Shown here in pieces: positions 28,162-41,272 of a stretch of DNA of 64,000 nt. Position 1 is the stretch's first letter. Each line of letters opens with the position of its first letter. Below the pieces are notes generated by a model, which worked only from the letters and a program-made list of their open reading frames with translations, did not search any database and was not told where the DNA came from. The DNA is from Phyllosticta citribraziliensis (taxonomy: Eukaryota), in the NCBI RefSeq assembly GCF_038025025.1, contig NW_027117348.1, positions 1,550,001-1,614,000 on the forward strand, read 5' to 3'. Made by a program: the position numbers and the translations under genes.

Positions 28162-29108
28162 TTACAGGATGTCGCACTTCTTCTTCTCCTTCTTGCGGGT
28201 GAGCAGGGCGGCACGTGTTGCGTGCTCAAAGACTTCTCTGACGCCCTCGTTGGTCTTGGCCGAGCACTCGAGGTACTTGAGCGCGCCAATCTTCTTGCGA
28301 ACGTCCTCGGCCTGCGGCGTGTTAGTGTGGAGTCGAGAGGGAGATGGCGGCGTTGCATACCTGCTCAGGAGTGACGGGCTTCTGCGACGTCTTGTGCAGC
28401 TCCTCGATGGTCTTTTGGTCGTGACGCAGATCCTTCTTGCAGCCGACGAGGATGATGGGAAGGCCTTGGCAGAAGTGAAGGACCTCGGAGATCCACTGGT
28501 GGCGTGTTAGCAAGGGCGGCAACGAGGCAGACGACAGGAGGGTAGGCCGACCTTTTCCTGGACGTTGTCGAGCGAGTCGGGCGAGTCGACGGCAAAGCAG
28601 ATGAGGATGACGTGCGAGTCGGGGTACGACAGAGGGCGGAGACGGTCGTAGTCTTCCTGGCCCGCGGTATCCCAAAGAGCTAGCTCGACGTGCTTACCGT
28701 CGACCTCGACGTCGGCGACGTAGTTTTCAAAGACGGTGGGGACGTAGACCTGGAGGCGGTATCAGCATCGGACGTGCGACAGATGCAGCGACGGTGGGAG
28801 GGTTATCAGCGGAGGGGTGGGTGGGTGGAGTGGAGTGGTCGGCGGCGGAACGAAGGGCGAGGCGACGGTGTAGGGGATGGGATGGGATGGGATGGGAGCT
28901 GACCTCGGGGAAAGTGCCCTTGGAGAAGACGCTGCAGAAGAATGGGCGTCAGCATGGCATCCATCAGGAGGGTTGCGACGGGCACAGCACAGGCGGCGTG
29001 CGTGGCTGTTGCAGGCCAAACAAACGGGGGAGCAACTCACATGAGCAGACAGGTCTTTCCGCAGGCGCCGTCGCCGACGATAACGAGCTTGCGACGAATC
29101 TCGGCCAT
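28162..29108 (-). CDS. RHO1: Rho1 small GTPase
   Basis: [88 protein letters not shown], and a polybasic CaaX end [11 protein letters not shown]. Multiple short introns. Confidence 0.97.
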
Positions 29109-30682
29109 CTGGAGTCGTCAACGGGGGGACTTGGTAGGGTGGATGGAGTGGCGTGTGAGGAGGAGAGGAGGTGGGTGGTGATGATGTCGGTCGGGGGTTG
29201 CGAGAAGAGGTTGAGGGTTCGGCGGGTTGAAGTCGGAGCGACGCACTTTCTGGGGCTAACAACAGCAGCACAGCCGCAAAGGCGTCTACCTATGGGGGAG
29301 TAAGGGGGGTGGACGGGCGGTCAAAGCTGGCCGCGCGGGTGGCTTTGGCGGGATGGCGGTGCAGAGGAACGGTCGGCGGTCGAGTCGGGGAGTGTCGGGT
29401 ACAGTGGAGTGGAGTTGAAGAAGCTGAGTGGGAGGGAGAGAAGACAGTTGAGCGACGGTGGTAGTGGTAGTGGTAGTGGTGGTGGTGGTGGTGGGTGGGT
29501 GTGGTGTGGTGCGGTGCACGTAGCGTAGCGTAGCGGGTTGCCAGGAGCGCTGGGTGCCGGTGCTGGTGCTGGTGCTGCTGGTGCAGGCTGGGTGCTGGCC
29601 TCGTACTGGACTGGACTGGGCTGCCTCACCCTCTCCCCTTCGCCTTCGGCTAGCCCCGAACGAGCAGCCAGCAGATAACACTTCATTCAATTTCCACTCT
29701 CCAGCACCACTGTCTTCTCCTCGACTGCATTCACTCTGCAGCCCCGTGCATCCTCCTCCCATGCTGCTTTCGCGTCGCTGCTCGAGCACCGCCCTCTCGT
29801 GCTCCTCTTCCTTGGCCCTCTCAACACATGCGCCATGGCCAACCCACAACTGACTGCATCATCGTCCGCGTTGTACAGACCAGACGCGCTCCCAACCACT
29901 CTGCCTGCGTCACGCCCGTCCTCGTCATTGGTCGCGGCCTCCGGGAACAGGTGCATCTTGGCTCTCAGGCCTCAGCAGAGGCAATCGACAAGGCTGAAGA
30001 CCCACTGCTCTCATTGACTTCCCCAGTTTTTGGTGCGCCTGGCTCTCTGTTTGTCCATTTGCTCAGCTCGCCCATGCCTGATCGTCGCTGTCCATTGGCC
30101 CTGACCACTCGCGAGCCTTTGTCCTTGTATGTCCGTCGCTTTGTGCGAGCACTATACGAGACCAAGACGACAATCTTCTGCGACACCGAGAGCAGCCTGG
30201 TGCTTCATCGGGATTGCGTAGGTCGTGCTGCTCAGGGACGAGCACGCGACCACTGCTTGCCCCTGGGACTCATCCCCGCCCAAAGCATGCGTGATGCATA
30301 TCGCCATGCTGCTACGCCAGACAGCTGAGAGTCGACGATGATCAGATTGGTAATCTAGCACAACTGCTCCTGGATTCCAGCAGTGCGTGCTCGAATGCTC
30401 GGAGTTGATTCGCCGGCCAAGTTGATTTAGAAGGCGTCGACTTGGGGGCATATTGACGGAGCAAAACAAAACAGCGATAGGGAACAACTATTTGCGGCAA
30501 GCGGCCCTAGCTGCTGATAAGGTGAAATTACGACTGCAACAGCATTCGAAACCTTGACTTCCATGATATCCAACTTGTAGCGTTTGCCCAATTCTGGGTC
30601 GTTGAAATAGCCTCAGTTGGCGGAGACGAATGGCAGAATAGCATGTCACGATTCGACGTGTTTCGACTCTGCCTGCACGTTT

Positions 30683-30831
30683 CTGGTGACTGTAGGCTGG
30701 ACTATCACCTCCCGCGAGCTATGTCCTGCCATCAAAACCGGGGGATTCAAACTGTTTTGATTGTCGGTGAAAGGTACATTGCCTAACCGCCGCCAGTAGA
30801 AAACGGCTGCGTTTCTAGATCACCAGTTTTT
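30683..30831 (+). ncRNA. Candidate structured small RNA with terminal stem and T5 run (unassigned)
   Basis: Nested complementary segments: 30683-89/30820-26, 30693-97/30781-85, 30705-09/30766-70, 30731-38/30754-61 and 30789-92/30804-07. TTTTT follows immediately at 30827-31. Confidence 0.35.
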
Positions 30832-31137
30832 CTAAATATTCCATCCTCTACGCTACAGGTCGTACAGGGCCGGCGATACCATCAGCGCGACCTGCACGCG
30901 GGCTGGCTTTGGATGCTGCTCCGGCACTCGGCGACGCGGGCAGTCAGTACATCATCGCGCCCGCGGGCAAGCTGACCTTAGCATCCACTCGTCCTCATCG
31001 CCGACGTGGGTTGCTTGCTCAACACCTTCACATCCATCCAAACCCCCGCCATCGACCACGCATTCCCTCTACCGCCGCCATTTTTCTCCCACGCCGTCTC
31101 TTCCCCACAATTGCAACACGCCGTCATTTAGATCATC

Positions 31138-34100
31138 ATGTCTGACACGCAATCCGAAGCCGACAAGGTATCTAGCTCCGCCGCTCTGTGCGCCGTGTTT
31201 AGCTCACGTTCGTCAGATCCGCAACAAGCGCCTGGCAAAGCTGGGAGGAGGCACGCCCTCAGTCTCTGCTTCACAGTCCTCCATCGATCCCGCCGCCGCA
31301 CCAGGATCACCGTCACCAGGCCCCGCCGCACCCCAGACCGAACAGAGCGCACCCCGACCTGCGAGCATCGAAAGCTCCAAGGTCGCCACAGGCCCCGCCG
31401 CCAGCCCAACTTCACATCTCTCGCACAAGCCGGCCTCTCCTGCACCAGCGGTCGACATCTCACAGAAGCCATCGCTGCCTCAGAAGCGCGACAATGAGAG
31501 CGATACACCACAACGTCCGCGACCGGCGGCGCAGGAGTCTTTGGAGGTCTGGCAGCACAAGGCCTTGAGTCACATTTTCAGGGCAACCTTGGACGAGAAT
31601 ACCAAGCAGGACGCGCATGGAAACCGGCTTTCACATCTCCCGGGCGTCAAGTCGGACCTTGAGGACGCCGGCAGCCCATTGCTGCTGAGCACCAACGTGT
31701 TGGACCAGGCAATCTTGGAGGCGGCATCGAGCCACAAAAAGCCATTGGACTACCTGCTCGGATGCTGGAAGCGGGTGGCAAGACAGGCGCGGGGCGCGAG
31801 CACGGCAGACAAGAATGATCCAGGCCGTTCCGAGGTCCTGAAGGAGGCCCGGAGGCTTTGCATGAGCTATTGCATGTTCGCCGTGACGATGCCCGACATG
31901 TTTGGCATAGACTCGTGGCAGTCCAATCCCCTGGCTCCGCACCTCCTGGTCGACCCCGAAGACGACAGAGGCCTCTGCCACGACTTTTTGAATGAGGCGG
32001 TTTCCCGGTTCGAGGAGGACGAAAGCATCAAGGAAGCTTTGGTCGGGGCCATGGAGCAGCTGAGCATCGAGCTCGCGTCCAAAAACATGAACGATGACTA
32101 CAAGGGCTACGTCCTGGCTCTGCGAAACGTCTCGCAATACCCTCCACTCATCAAGGCCCTTGCAGAGTCGCCCAGATTTCTGCCCTCCGACGTTGATGGC
32201 CCGAGGCTTGAGACGGACACTCTGCTTGGCCCGTTCTTCAAGCTGTCTCCGCTCCAGGCCGAGACTGCCTTGACCTACTTTTCAGACGCCCGCGGCAGGG
32301 ACAAGTCGGTCACCTTGAACGCACAAAAGGCACTCCGCATGACCTTGTCCACTCATCATGACGAACTCTTCGAAGTCGCCAATCGCTTCATTCGCGTCAA
32401 GGACTCCCGGAGCAAGATGCTGGACTGGTTTGCGGCCACGGTGAACAAGAACCACAAGAGAAGGGCCATGCGAGTGGACCTGAAAAAGGTCTCGTCCGAC
32501 GGCTTCATGCACAACGTCACCGTCATTCTCGACAGGCTGTGCGATCCATTCATGGACTCGACCTTTTCAAAGATTGACCGCATCGACATTGGCTACTTGA
32601 AGAGAAACCCACGGGTCGACATCAAGGAGGAGACCAAGTTCAACGCAGACCAGCAGGCCTCGGATGAATTTTACGACATGAAGCTGGATGGCGAAAACAA
32701 CTTCATCACCGAGTGCTTCTTCCTGACAGTTGCTGCCCATCACTACGGCACAGAGGCGATCAAGAGCAAGGCCTCCCAGCTCCAAAAGGATGTCAAGTAC
32801 ATGGAGCGCGAACTGGAAAAGTTGGAGAAGGAAAGGCACAAGTACGCCCATGTAAGACGGCTCCACCCACTCCCCAAATCACCACTGACAATCCCAGAAC
32901 CCAATCTCGCTTCGACAGTTTGAGAATGCCATCAAAAAGTACAAGGACGCCATTGAGAGGGCCCACTGCACAATTTTGGCGACTCAAGGAGTTCTCCTCG
33001 ACGAGACTACCGAAGGACGCGCCATGCAGTTCATGCGCTACGTCATTGTCTGGCTGCTGCGCATCGTGAGCCCCGGATACCCACAGCAAAAGTTGAAGCT
33101 TCCTCTCCCCGAAGAGCAGCCAGAGGCCTTCAAGTTCCTGCCCGAGTACTTTTTGGAAGACGTGGTCGAGAACTTCAAGTTCATCACGCACATGATGCCG
33201 CACGTCATCACTTCGACGCAGTGCGAGGAGCTCATCGCCATTTGCATCACCTTCCTCCGCAGCTCGTCGTATATCAAGAACCCCTACCTCAAGTCTGGTC
33301 TCATCACCATCCTCTACTACGGGACTCTGCCATACTACGGCAAATCCAAGGGTGTCTTTGGAGACTTGTTGTTTGCGTGGCCGTTTGCGACCGACAACTT
33401 GCTGCACGCTCTGCTGCAGTTTTATATCGAGTGTGAGTCTACCGGCGCACACACCCAATTTTACGACAAGTTCAACATTCGCCTGGAAATCTTCCAGGTT
33501 ATCAAGTGTATCTGGGGCAACCCCATCTACCGGGAGCATCTGGCCAGGGAAGCGAACCACAACCTGAACTTTTTCGTCCGCTTCGTCAACCTGCTCCTGA
33601 ACGACGTCACCTTTGTTCTTGACGAGTCTTTTTCGGCGTTTACGTCCATCACCAACCTCACCAAGGAACTCCGGGACCCCTCGCATCTGGATGAGAATAT
33701 CCGAAAAGAGAAGGAGGAGCTCTTGGAATCTTCCAAGTCAAGGGCCAAGAGCTACATGAGCCTTACCAATGAGACTGTGGCCATGCTCAAGCTCTTTACT
33801 GAGGCCTTGAGCGACTCTTTCACGATGCCAGAAATCGTCCAGCGCCTGGCGGACATGCTGGATTACAACCTGGACGCTCTCGTGGGCCCGAAGCAGTCGA
33901 ATCTGAAGCTGGAGAACCCGCAGGAGTACGGCTTCAACGCCAAATCCATGCTTGCCGAGATTGTCGACGTGTACCTCAACCTCAAAGAAAAGGACAGTTT
34001 CCTCACAGCCGTGGCAAGAGACGGCCGCTCGTACAAGCCCGAAAACTTCAACAAAGCGGGCAACATCATGCGGCGGTTCGCCCTCAAGAGCGAGGAGGAA

Positions 34101-34466
34101 ATCGCCACGTGGGACCAGCTCGCAGGCAAGGTGCAAGCGTTCAAGGAGGCCGACGAGGAGGAAGAGGCCGACCTGGGCGAGGTGCCCGACGAGTTCCTCG
34201 ACCCGCTGCTCTTCGAGATCATGACGGACCCCGTCATCCTGCCCAAGAGCCGCATGACCATCGACCGCAGCACCATCCAGAGCCACCTGCTGTCCGACCC
34301 GCACGACCCCTTCAACCGCAGCCCGCTCAAGATTGAGGACGTCCTTCCGAATACCGAGCTCAAGGACCAGATTGCCGCGTTTAGGGCTGAGAGGAAGGCG
34401 GCGAAGAGGGCGGCTGTGGCTGCGACTGCGTCTGCGGGGGAGCCCATGGACACGAGCGGCGGTTAG
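31138..34466 (+). CDS. UFD2: Ubiquitin conjugation factor E4 (Ufd2 core plus U-box)
   Basis: MSDTQSEADK/IRNKRLAKL (intron 31168-31216), SSDGFMHN, NFITECFFLT, HTQFYDKFNIR, FFVRFVNLLLND, and U-box VPDEFLDPL...TIQSHLLSDPHDPFNRSPL. Second intron about 32852-32918. Confidence 0.96.
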
Positions 34467-34894
34467 TGGTTCCGCCAGGGGGATGTCGATTGGTTGGTTC
34501 GCATTATGGGGGCGTTCGGGAGTAGGAATTGGAGGCTGCGTTTTACAGCAGCGAATAATGCTCGCACCTATGCGCCCAGCAGAGGAATCGTACAGGTAGA
34601 CAGTCAAACGAGCAAAAGGCTAGAAGCCCCGATGGAATTTCTCAAGCAAGGTAGTCGGTCTTTTTCCCACCTATCCATCATCTCCATCCATCCTGCCTGT
34701 GTGCATGCGTGCCTGCCCGCCCGCCTCCCACAACGCCTGCAAATGCTCCCTCCCGTGCCTATCGTACAACATGCGCTGCCTTTTTCCTTTTTTCCCTTCC
34801 GTTCTTTCATTCTGCGCCGACGACTCAAGACGTGCCTCTTATGTGTATACCGTGAATGCTTCTCCTTCGTAACGTCTCAGTTCGACTGTCCGTC

Positions 34895-35507
34895 TCAATT
34901 CGACTCGCCGTCTTCCTGCTCCTCCCGCTTGCCAAACACGTACGCCAGGCCGCCGCCGACGACGTTGACGGCGCACAGCCCGACCGTCACGCCGCGCAGG
35001 ATGCCGCGCGCGCCGAACTTGGCGTACATTTTCTGATGGTGTGTGTGTCAGTCCAGCAGCAGTGTACCAACTCCACAAACTCCACCACCACTAAATTCAC
35101 CACGAGCAAAATCCAAAAGCGACATGCCCTGAGCACACATGCTCAGTGTGAAAAGCAACGCACCTGCTTCCGCCGCATCGCCAACACGGCATACACGCCA
35201 CTCCACGCGGCCGACATGCCGGCGGCGTCCTTCTTGAAGCCGCCCACGTTGATGTAGCTGGAGAGCAGGAGCAGCGGCGGGAAGAGCATGGGCAGCGTTT
35301 GGAAGGGGCGCGCGTGTTGCGCGAATATCAGCGCGGCCGTGACGGTGGGCGGGAACGAGTGCTCTGTTGTGTGTGCGTGGTGGGTTAGTTTGGGTCTGCG
35401 TTTGGAGGTTGGAGGTTGGATGGGGAGTGGTGGGAGCGGATTGTACCTCCCCATGCGCGCAGCATTTGCGCGGCGCTCTTGGGCGGCTCGCCGTCTGGTG
35501 TCGACAT
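34895..35507 (-). CDS. AIM19: Small membrane protein, Aim19-like
   Basis: Spliced product MSTPDGEPPKSAAQMLRAWG/EHSFPPTVTAALIFAQH...[60 protein letters not shown]...*. Two introns with canonical ends. Family name from recall of the DAAG..AAWS motif. Confidence 0.7.
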
Positions 35508-36060
35508 TTTGCCGGCGCTGGTTGTGTCGTGTGTCGTTGTTGTCGAGCTTGTTCTCCGGGCGAGAGAGAGAGAGAGAGAGGTACGGTAGACTTTCGTCAT
35601 ACGCGGCGGCAGCCAGCCAATGGCAGAGAGGGGCAGTGAGCCGGCGGGCGGGCGGGCAACGAGCTCCCGCCGGGCGGTGAAGCGCGAGACTGGACACGCT
35701 AGAACATTGAGAACACCTGCACCAACCGAACTACGTGCCCGCAAAAGAAAGATAACCATCCGCGTCGACGACTGCTGCTTTGACGCCCGACCGACCGCTC
35801 GACCGACCACTTCTCCGACCACTGCCTCGTTTGCTGAACAGCGATTAGGCCGCTGATTACAACAACCCACTACTTCTCTCCGCGTCTGGGGCCCCGCTGC
35901 GCCAACGCTCGCATCAACAACACTACCGACCTACCTACCAGCCAGCCAGCCAGCCCACCACGCCGCCCTGCGCGCAACAAACCACGCACCAACCGTCTCT
36001 CTCGCCTCACTCCCCCTCCACCACCACCACCACCCGCCGGCCCCCCTTCGTCCCACCTCC

Positions 36061-37308
36061 ATGTCGGCCAAGGCATCAGGCGCGGACGCCGGCACCAACG
36101 GCGAAGCACGCAACCGCGGCGGCGCCAGCGCCAACGGCCACCACGACGGCAGCGCCGGGCGGGCGTACACGGTGGAGCAAAAGGCGGCGGTGCTGCGCAT
36201 CAAGCGCTGCAGCCCGACGGCCTTCTACGAGATCCTGGGGCTGGAGGAGCGCCGCGCTACGTGCTCGGACGGCGAGATAAAAAAGGCGTATCGCAAGCTC
36301 AGTCTGCTCACGCATCCGGACAAGAACGGGTATGAGGGAGCTGACGAGGCGTTCAAGAGTGAGTTGTTCTCCTGTTGATTGTTGGATCTTGGGTGGAGGA
36401 TGGTGGAGGTTGATGGCTGATTGACTGACTTGCGTCGTCCTAGTGGTGTCCCGCGCATTCCAGGTGCTGTCGGACGCGGACAAGAAGCAAAAGTACGACA
36501 AGTTTGGCGGCGATCCGGACAACAGGTTCGGGGGCGGCGCCTCCGCGTCGGCAGAATCGCCCTTCAGCGGCTTCCGGACAAGAGGAGGTGGTGGGCCGCG
36601 CGGACCAATGTTCGAGGAAGAGATATCACCAGAGGAAATGTTCAGGCAGTTCTTTGGCGGCGGCATGGGAGGCTTTGGAGGCCCGTTTGGTATGCCAGTC
36701 CCCCACCCACCACTTGTCGACTGATGCTCGATATTCTGACACTTATCCCAGGCGGCCCCGGCATCTTCGACACCGGCCCCGGCTTCGTCTTCAACCTCAA
36801 CGGCGGGCCGGGCGTACGCGTGCACCAATTCGGCGGCCCACGCATGCGGCGACGACCGGCCAACGCCAACGCCGAGGCGGCCCCCAGCCTAGGCAGCGCG
36901 CTGCAATCGCTCCTCCCACTGCTCCTCCTCTTCATCGTGCCGCTCCTCTCGTCCCTCTTCTCTGGCGCCGGCAGCGGCACGCCGGGCCCCTCGATCCGGC
37001 TCGACTCGCCCGTGCCGCCGCACACGCACCAGCGCGTCTCGGAGCGCCTGCACATCAACTACTTCGTCAATCCGCACGAGATCGAGGACCTCTCGGCCCG
37101 CAAGCTGCGCGAGCTCGACCGCGAGGCCGAGGGCCGCTACATGCGCAAGCTCAACACCGACTGCGACGCCGAGTACGCCCGCAAGAACGACCTCTTCCTG
37201 GCCGCCAAGGGCTGGTTCTTCACCGACGAGGAGAAGCTGCGGCAGGCGCGCGATTTGCCCATGCCGTCGTGTGAGCGCTTGGCGAGCTTTGGGTATGCGA
37301 GGAGATGA
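36061..37308 (+). CDS. HLJ1: ER-membrane J-domain co-chaperone (DNAJB12/14, Hlj1 type)
   Basis: J-domain FYEILGL...[19 protein letters not shown]-rich region with [18 protein letters not shown] segment [17 protein letters not shown], and a DUF1977-like C-terminus ending MPSCERL. Two introns. Confidence 0.92.
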
Positions 37309-38108
37309 GGACGGCGAGGTTGGGGAGCGTGTTGAGGTGCGGACGCGGATGCATTGGCGTTGGCGTTGTGTTGTTTGGGTCGTGGGTGTGGTCGTTGTCG
37401 TTGGGATGGATGGAAGCGGTTGCTTCGTCGCCTTTCTTGTAATCATGCTGTGCCAGTGTGGTACTTTACCTACTATATTATCTCCATCCGTCTGTTCCCT
37501 GTTGTTTGTGTTTACCGACTATCACTTGAACTGGACGAGTCACTTGCATTCCCTCCCATCCCGTCTCCTCTCCTCCTTCACGCCTGGCCTGAGTTGATTG
37601 ATAGGAGGGGATCTGCGCGGGTATATATGTGCCCCCTTTTTCCCCTTGCTTTTCTCCTTTCCTCTCCACTACACCTCTCACATGCATAGCCTTACAACGC
37701 TACGCGTGGAGTAAGATATCTAGACTACGCCTCCAACTTCAACGTAAGTATCACAGGACACATAAGGGACGCAGAAGGAGGGCGAGGCGCTATGCCACAG
37801 CTGCACGTGTCAAAGCATATCCAGTTGCTAGCATATTGAAATGGAAGGCTTTTGTATCCCCGTGAATTGTGTTCTCTTCTATTGTGATCGAGTTCAAGCA
37901 GGCTCTGCTAATGAAAAGGAAAAGGCTTAGCTGGTTTATCGGCGTCTGTCTCTTTTTGTTGTTGTTTTTGCTGCTGCCACCGCCAGAGTTTCGTGTAGAG
38001 GGACAAAGGCTACCTACGCTGGATATGGAGAGAGGTAGGTAAGAGAGAGAGAGAGAGAAACGAGAAAGAAAACTTCTATTCAGCCCACGCGCTCGTCGAG
38101 CTGTGCGG

Positions 38109-39351
38109 TCATGCCTGGACGACCTCGCCCTTGCCGTCGATCAAATGGCTGTCCACACTGATGGGGCCCTCGCCCACGCCCGTCAGAATGACCCTGCTGA
38201 CGCCGTCCTTGAGCGCCGCCGCCGCCTTGTCGTCAATCTTGGCCAAGCCGTCCTTGTTCTCCTGCACAGCGGCGCCCCTGCTGCTGGCCCAGCCGTCCTT
38301 GTCGCCCAGCAGCGCCTTGAAGACGCCCGCGATTTCCTTCTCGTGCTCGGCGAGGTAGTAGACCACGGCGTTGGGGCCGGCGTCGAACGTGTAGGCGGCG
38401 ATGGTCTTGCCCGCCGCCGCGTTGATGCACTCGACGGCGCGCACCGCCGCGCGCGACACGTCGTTCATGTAGAAGATGGGCGGCTCCGTGTCGAGGCAGG
38501 TGGCGTGGAAGCTGTTGCTGTCTTTCATGGTGACCTTGCCGAAGGCCTCAAAGTCGCGGTTGCGCACGGCGTCCTCCATTTCGCGCATGCGCCGCGGCAC
38601 CGTCTCGTTTGCGCGCGCCGGGAAGAGACTCGAGGTCGCGACCGTCGCCTGCATGCCCGTCGTGCTGCTGACGCCCTTCTTGGCCGCGCTGACGACCAGA
38701 ATCACCGCCCGCATCTGCGGCCAGTGCGACGCCGGCGCCACCTCGTACGCCAGGCTGTCGCTGCCGTCGTCCAGGCTGCCCTTCTCCCACCCCACGTACC
38801 CGCCGAAGAGCGACCGGCATGCTGACCCGGACCCCTGGCGCGCGATGCGCGACAGCTCGGTCGCCGACGCCGGCAGCGCGTACAGGTCGGCGATGGCGCG
38901 CACCAGCGCCGCGAAGCCCGCCGCGCTGCTGGCCAGCCCGGCCGCCGTGGGGAAGTTGTTCTCCGACGCTATGCGGAGGGGGAACGTCGACAGCTTGGGC
39001 AGCGTTGCGTCGCTGGCTTCGAGGGCGCTGCGCAGAGCGCGAAGCTCGCGGAAGCAGGCCTGCGTGCGGGCACCGGACACGTCTTGCGGTGCGCCGTTGA
39101 GCAGAAGCGTGTCTGGCCCCGTGTAGCTGGTGCTGCAGGATGCCGTCGTGTGTGTGCGCAGGTCGGATTGCGAGAGCGTTACGGAGAGGGACGAATTGGT
39201 GGGAAGGTTGAGCTTGGGGTCCCGCTTGCCCCAGTACCTAGGGTCTCGCCGTTAGCCATTGTGGTCTGTTGAAAGGGATTGCGGCGTACTTGATGACGGC
39301 AATGTTGACGGGAGCGGTGGTGCTCGCGCGGTGTACGGTAGAGTCGGCCAT
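38109..39351 (-). CDS. ERG19: Diphosphomevalonate decarboxylase
   Basis: TAPVNIAVIK/YWGKRD, SENNFPTAAGLASSAAG, ARQGSGSACRSLFGG, DSNSFHATCLDT, AYTFDAGPNAV. One intron near 39237-39289. Confidence 0.97.
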
Positions 39352-39633
39352 GGCGGTTGGGCGTGGTGGTCAGCAGGACGAGGCGTGAGGTGGTGTTGAA
39401 GGGCGAAGAGACGGTGACGGGCAATAATTGTAACGTCGAGGGGTCAACCTAAACCAACGGTTCCAGTTCCGCTGCCAACGGGCGGACCCTGGCGTGCCTG
39501 CGTCCGGGATCTCGCCCTGGCCAAAGCTTGGCGCTGCTGCTTATTTCCGCCCGCATCGATTGTGTCATGGAGATTTTTTATCCGCCCTCCCATTGATCCA
39601 GTTCAACGCAACCACATTTCCCACTCCACCGCC

Positions 39634-40474
39634 ATGGGTGCCGACGGAGACGCAGAGCCGAGCGTGTGCCCGGTCGACCACAAGAGCCGCGAGGCATGGA
39701 TGGCCCAGGCCAAAGCCGCCGGCGCGCAGCAGCCCGACCAGCATCCACCGCATCCAATCCCTCCAGTGCCCGCAGCTCCCCCCAAACCCGCCGACCCAGG
39801 ATGCGATTCTTCCAAGATGGACCAGAAAGCCCCGGCGCAAACGGCAGGCTCAAAGGTCCTTGGAGCCTTGGGGTTGAGCCAGGACCGAGAGATTTCGACA
39901 ATCCCGCGGTCGTTCCCCGAAGCCAAAGTTGCGGCCGCTCCGGCAAACAACGAGCAAGAGTCTGGCGCGGACAAGTCGAGCGGCAACTGGATATATCCGT
40001 CCGAAGAAATGTTCTTCAATGCCATGAAGAGGAAGAACTTTGACCCCCGCGCCGAGGACCTGCACTCCATCGTCCCCATCCACAACGCCGTCAACGAGCG
40101 CGCGTGGAAGGAGATTAAGCAGTGGGAGGCCGGCAGGGGCTCCGACGTGTACGTTGAAGAATCGAGTCTTTTGTTTGCCATTGCTAACTTGCTACAGCTG
40201 CGGCGGCCCCAAGCTTGTTTCGTTCAGCGGCAACTCGCAAAAGCTCACCCCGAGAGCACGTCTCAACACCCTCCTCGGCTACCAGCCCCCCTTTGACCGT
40301 CACGACTGGATCGTCGACCGCTGCGGAACCCAGGTCGAATACGTCATTGACTTTTACTCGGGCAAAAACGAGGGCAGGCCTGGCAAGAGCCTGAACTTTT
40401 ACCTCGACGTCCGCCCCAAGCTCAACAGCTGGGAGGCTGTCAAGACACGCATGATGATGTTCATGGGGATGTAA
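39634..40474 (+). CDS. CYT2: Holocytochrome c-type synthase, cytochrome c1 heme lyase type
   Basis: Single CPVDH heme-regulatory motif, REISTIPR, NWIYPSEEMFFNAMKRK, IHNAVNERAW, PFDRHDW, YVIDFY, LDVRP. One intron about 40149-40197. Divergent from ERG19, with about 280 bp between start codons. Confidence 0.9.
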
Positions 40475-41272
40475 AGATATTTCTTCCGTCTTAGTTGCAT
40501 TGGCTGGCGTTTGGTTGGGCGCCGTCGGCTGGCTGTTTTGGAAAGAGAAAGGATACCTCCGCTCTGTGCTTGTTGGAGTTTTCTGGAACACAACGTGTTG
40601 AATCCAGATGATTTGAAATCTTGTTCTACTGGGTGGAGCTCATTATGTGTTCTAACATACACAAAACATCTCTTTACTCAATCTCTTGTGTTTCATTTCA
40701 AAAGTTGCTGAGACTCGAGTTTTCGACGTCGGAAAATCTCCAGCGTCGAGTACCGCAACCTTTTCTTTTGCATGACAAGCCTCTTCAACTTTGGACCTTT
40801 TGATCTTTCAAGTCTGATGTCCAGAGGACGTTTGAGTTTGCCTTTTGTATGGCTGACTTGCTCAACAGTGAAAGTCCGCATCACTGAAGGAGCGCGGACT
40901 GGAAGAAGTGAAGTCCTGGACGTCTCGAAAGGCGCGGAGCACTCAAGCCTCTCATCAGGATGGAAAATAAAGCAGTCAAGTCCTGTACACCCAGAATGTC
41001 AGGAATTGACCACAATAGTGATTGGGAGCAGCCAAGTCCGGGCGTTTGGACAACGAGCATCCGGGCCCTGCCGCTGGATGAACACAGGAAGCATTCAAGT
41101 GATCTTGCATGCCACGCCCTCACCGTCGAGTCCAGGCGCGCTACAACGGCGCCCGCAGGCGGCATGGGCGCCGTGGATACGCTCTGTTTATAAATTTTCA
41201 AACTGTCAAATTTCTGGCTCACTACACACTCTACTCTCTGCACGACACTTCACTACGGGTCTAGCAACCACC

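Noticed and set aside
29950..30600. Possible degenerate gene or transposon fragment
   Set aside because: No transposase or reverse-transcriptase motifs, terminal repeats or convincing splice signals seen.
40772..41272. N-terminal extension of the 555-aa ORF
   Set aside because: Lacks the codon bias seen downstream and contains a TATA-like element near 41187, so ATG 41273 is the better start.
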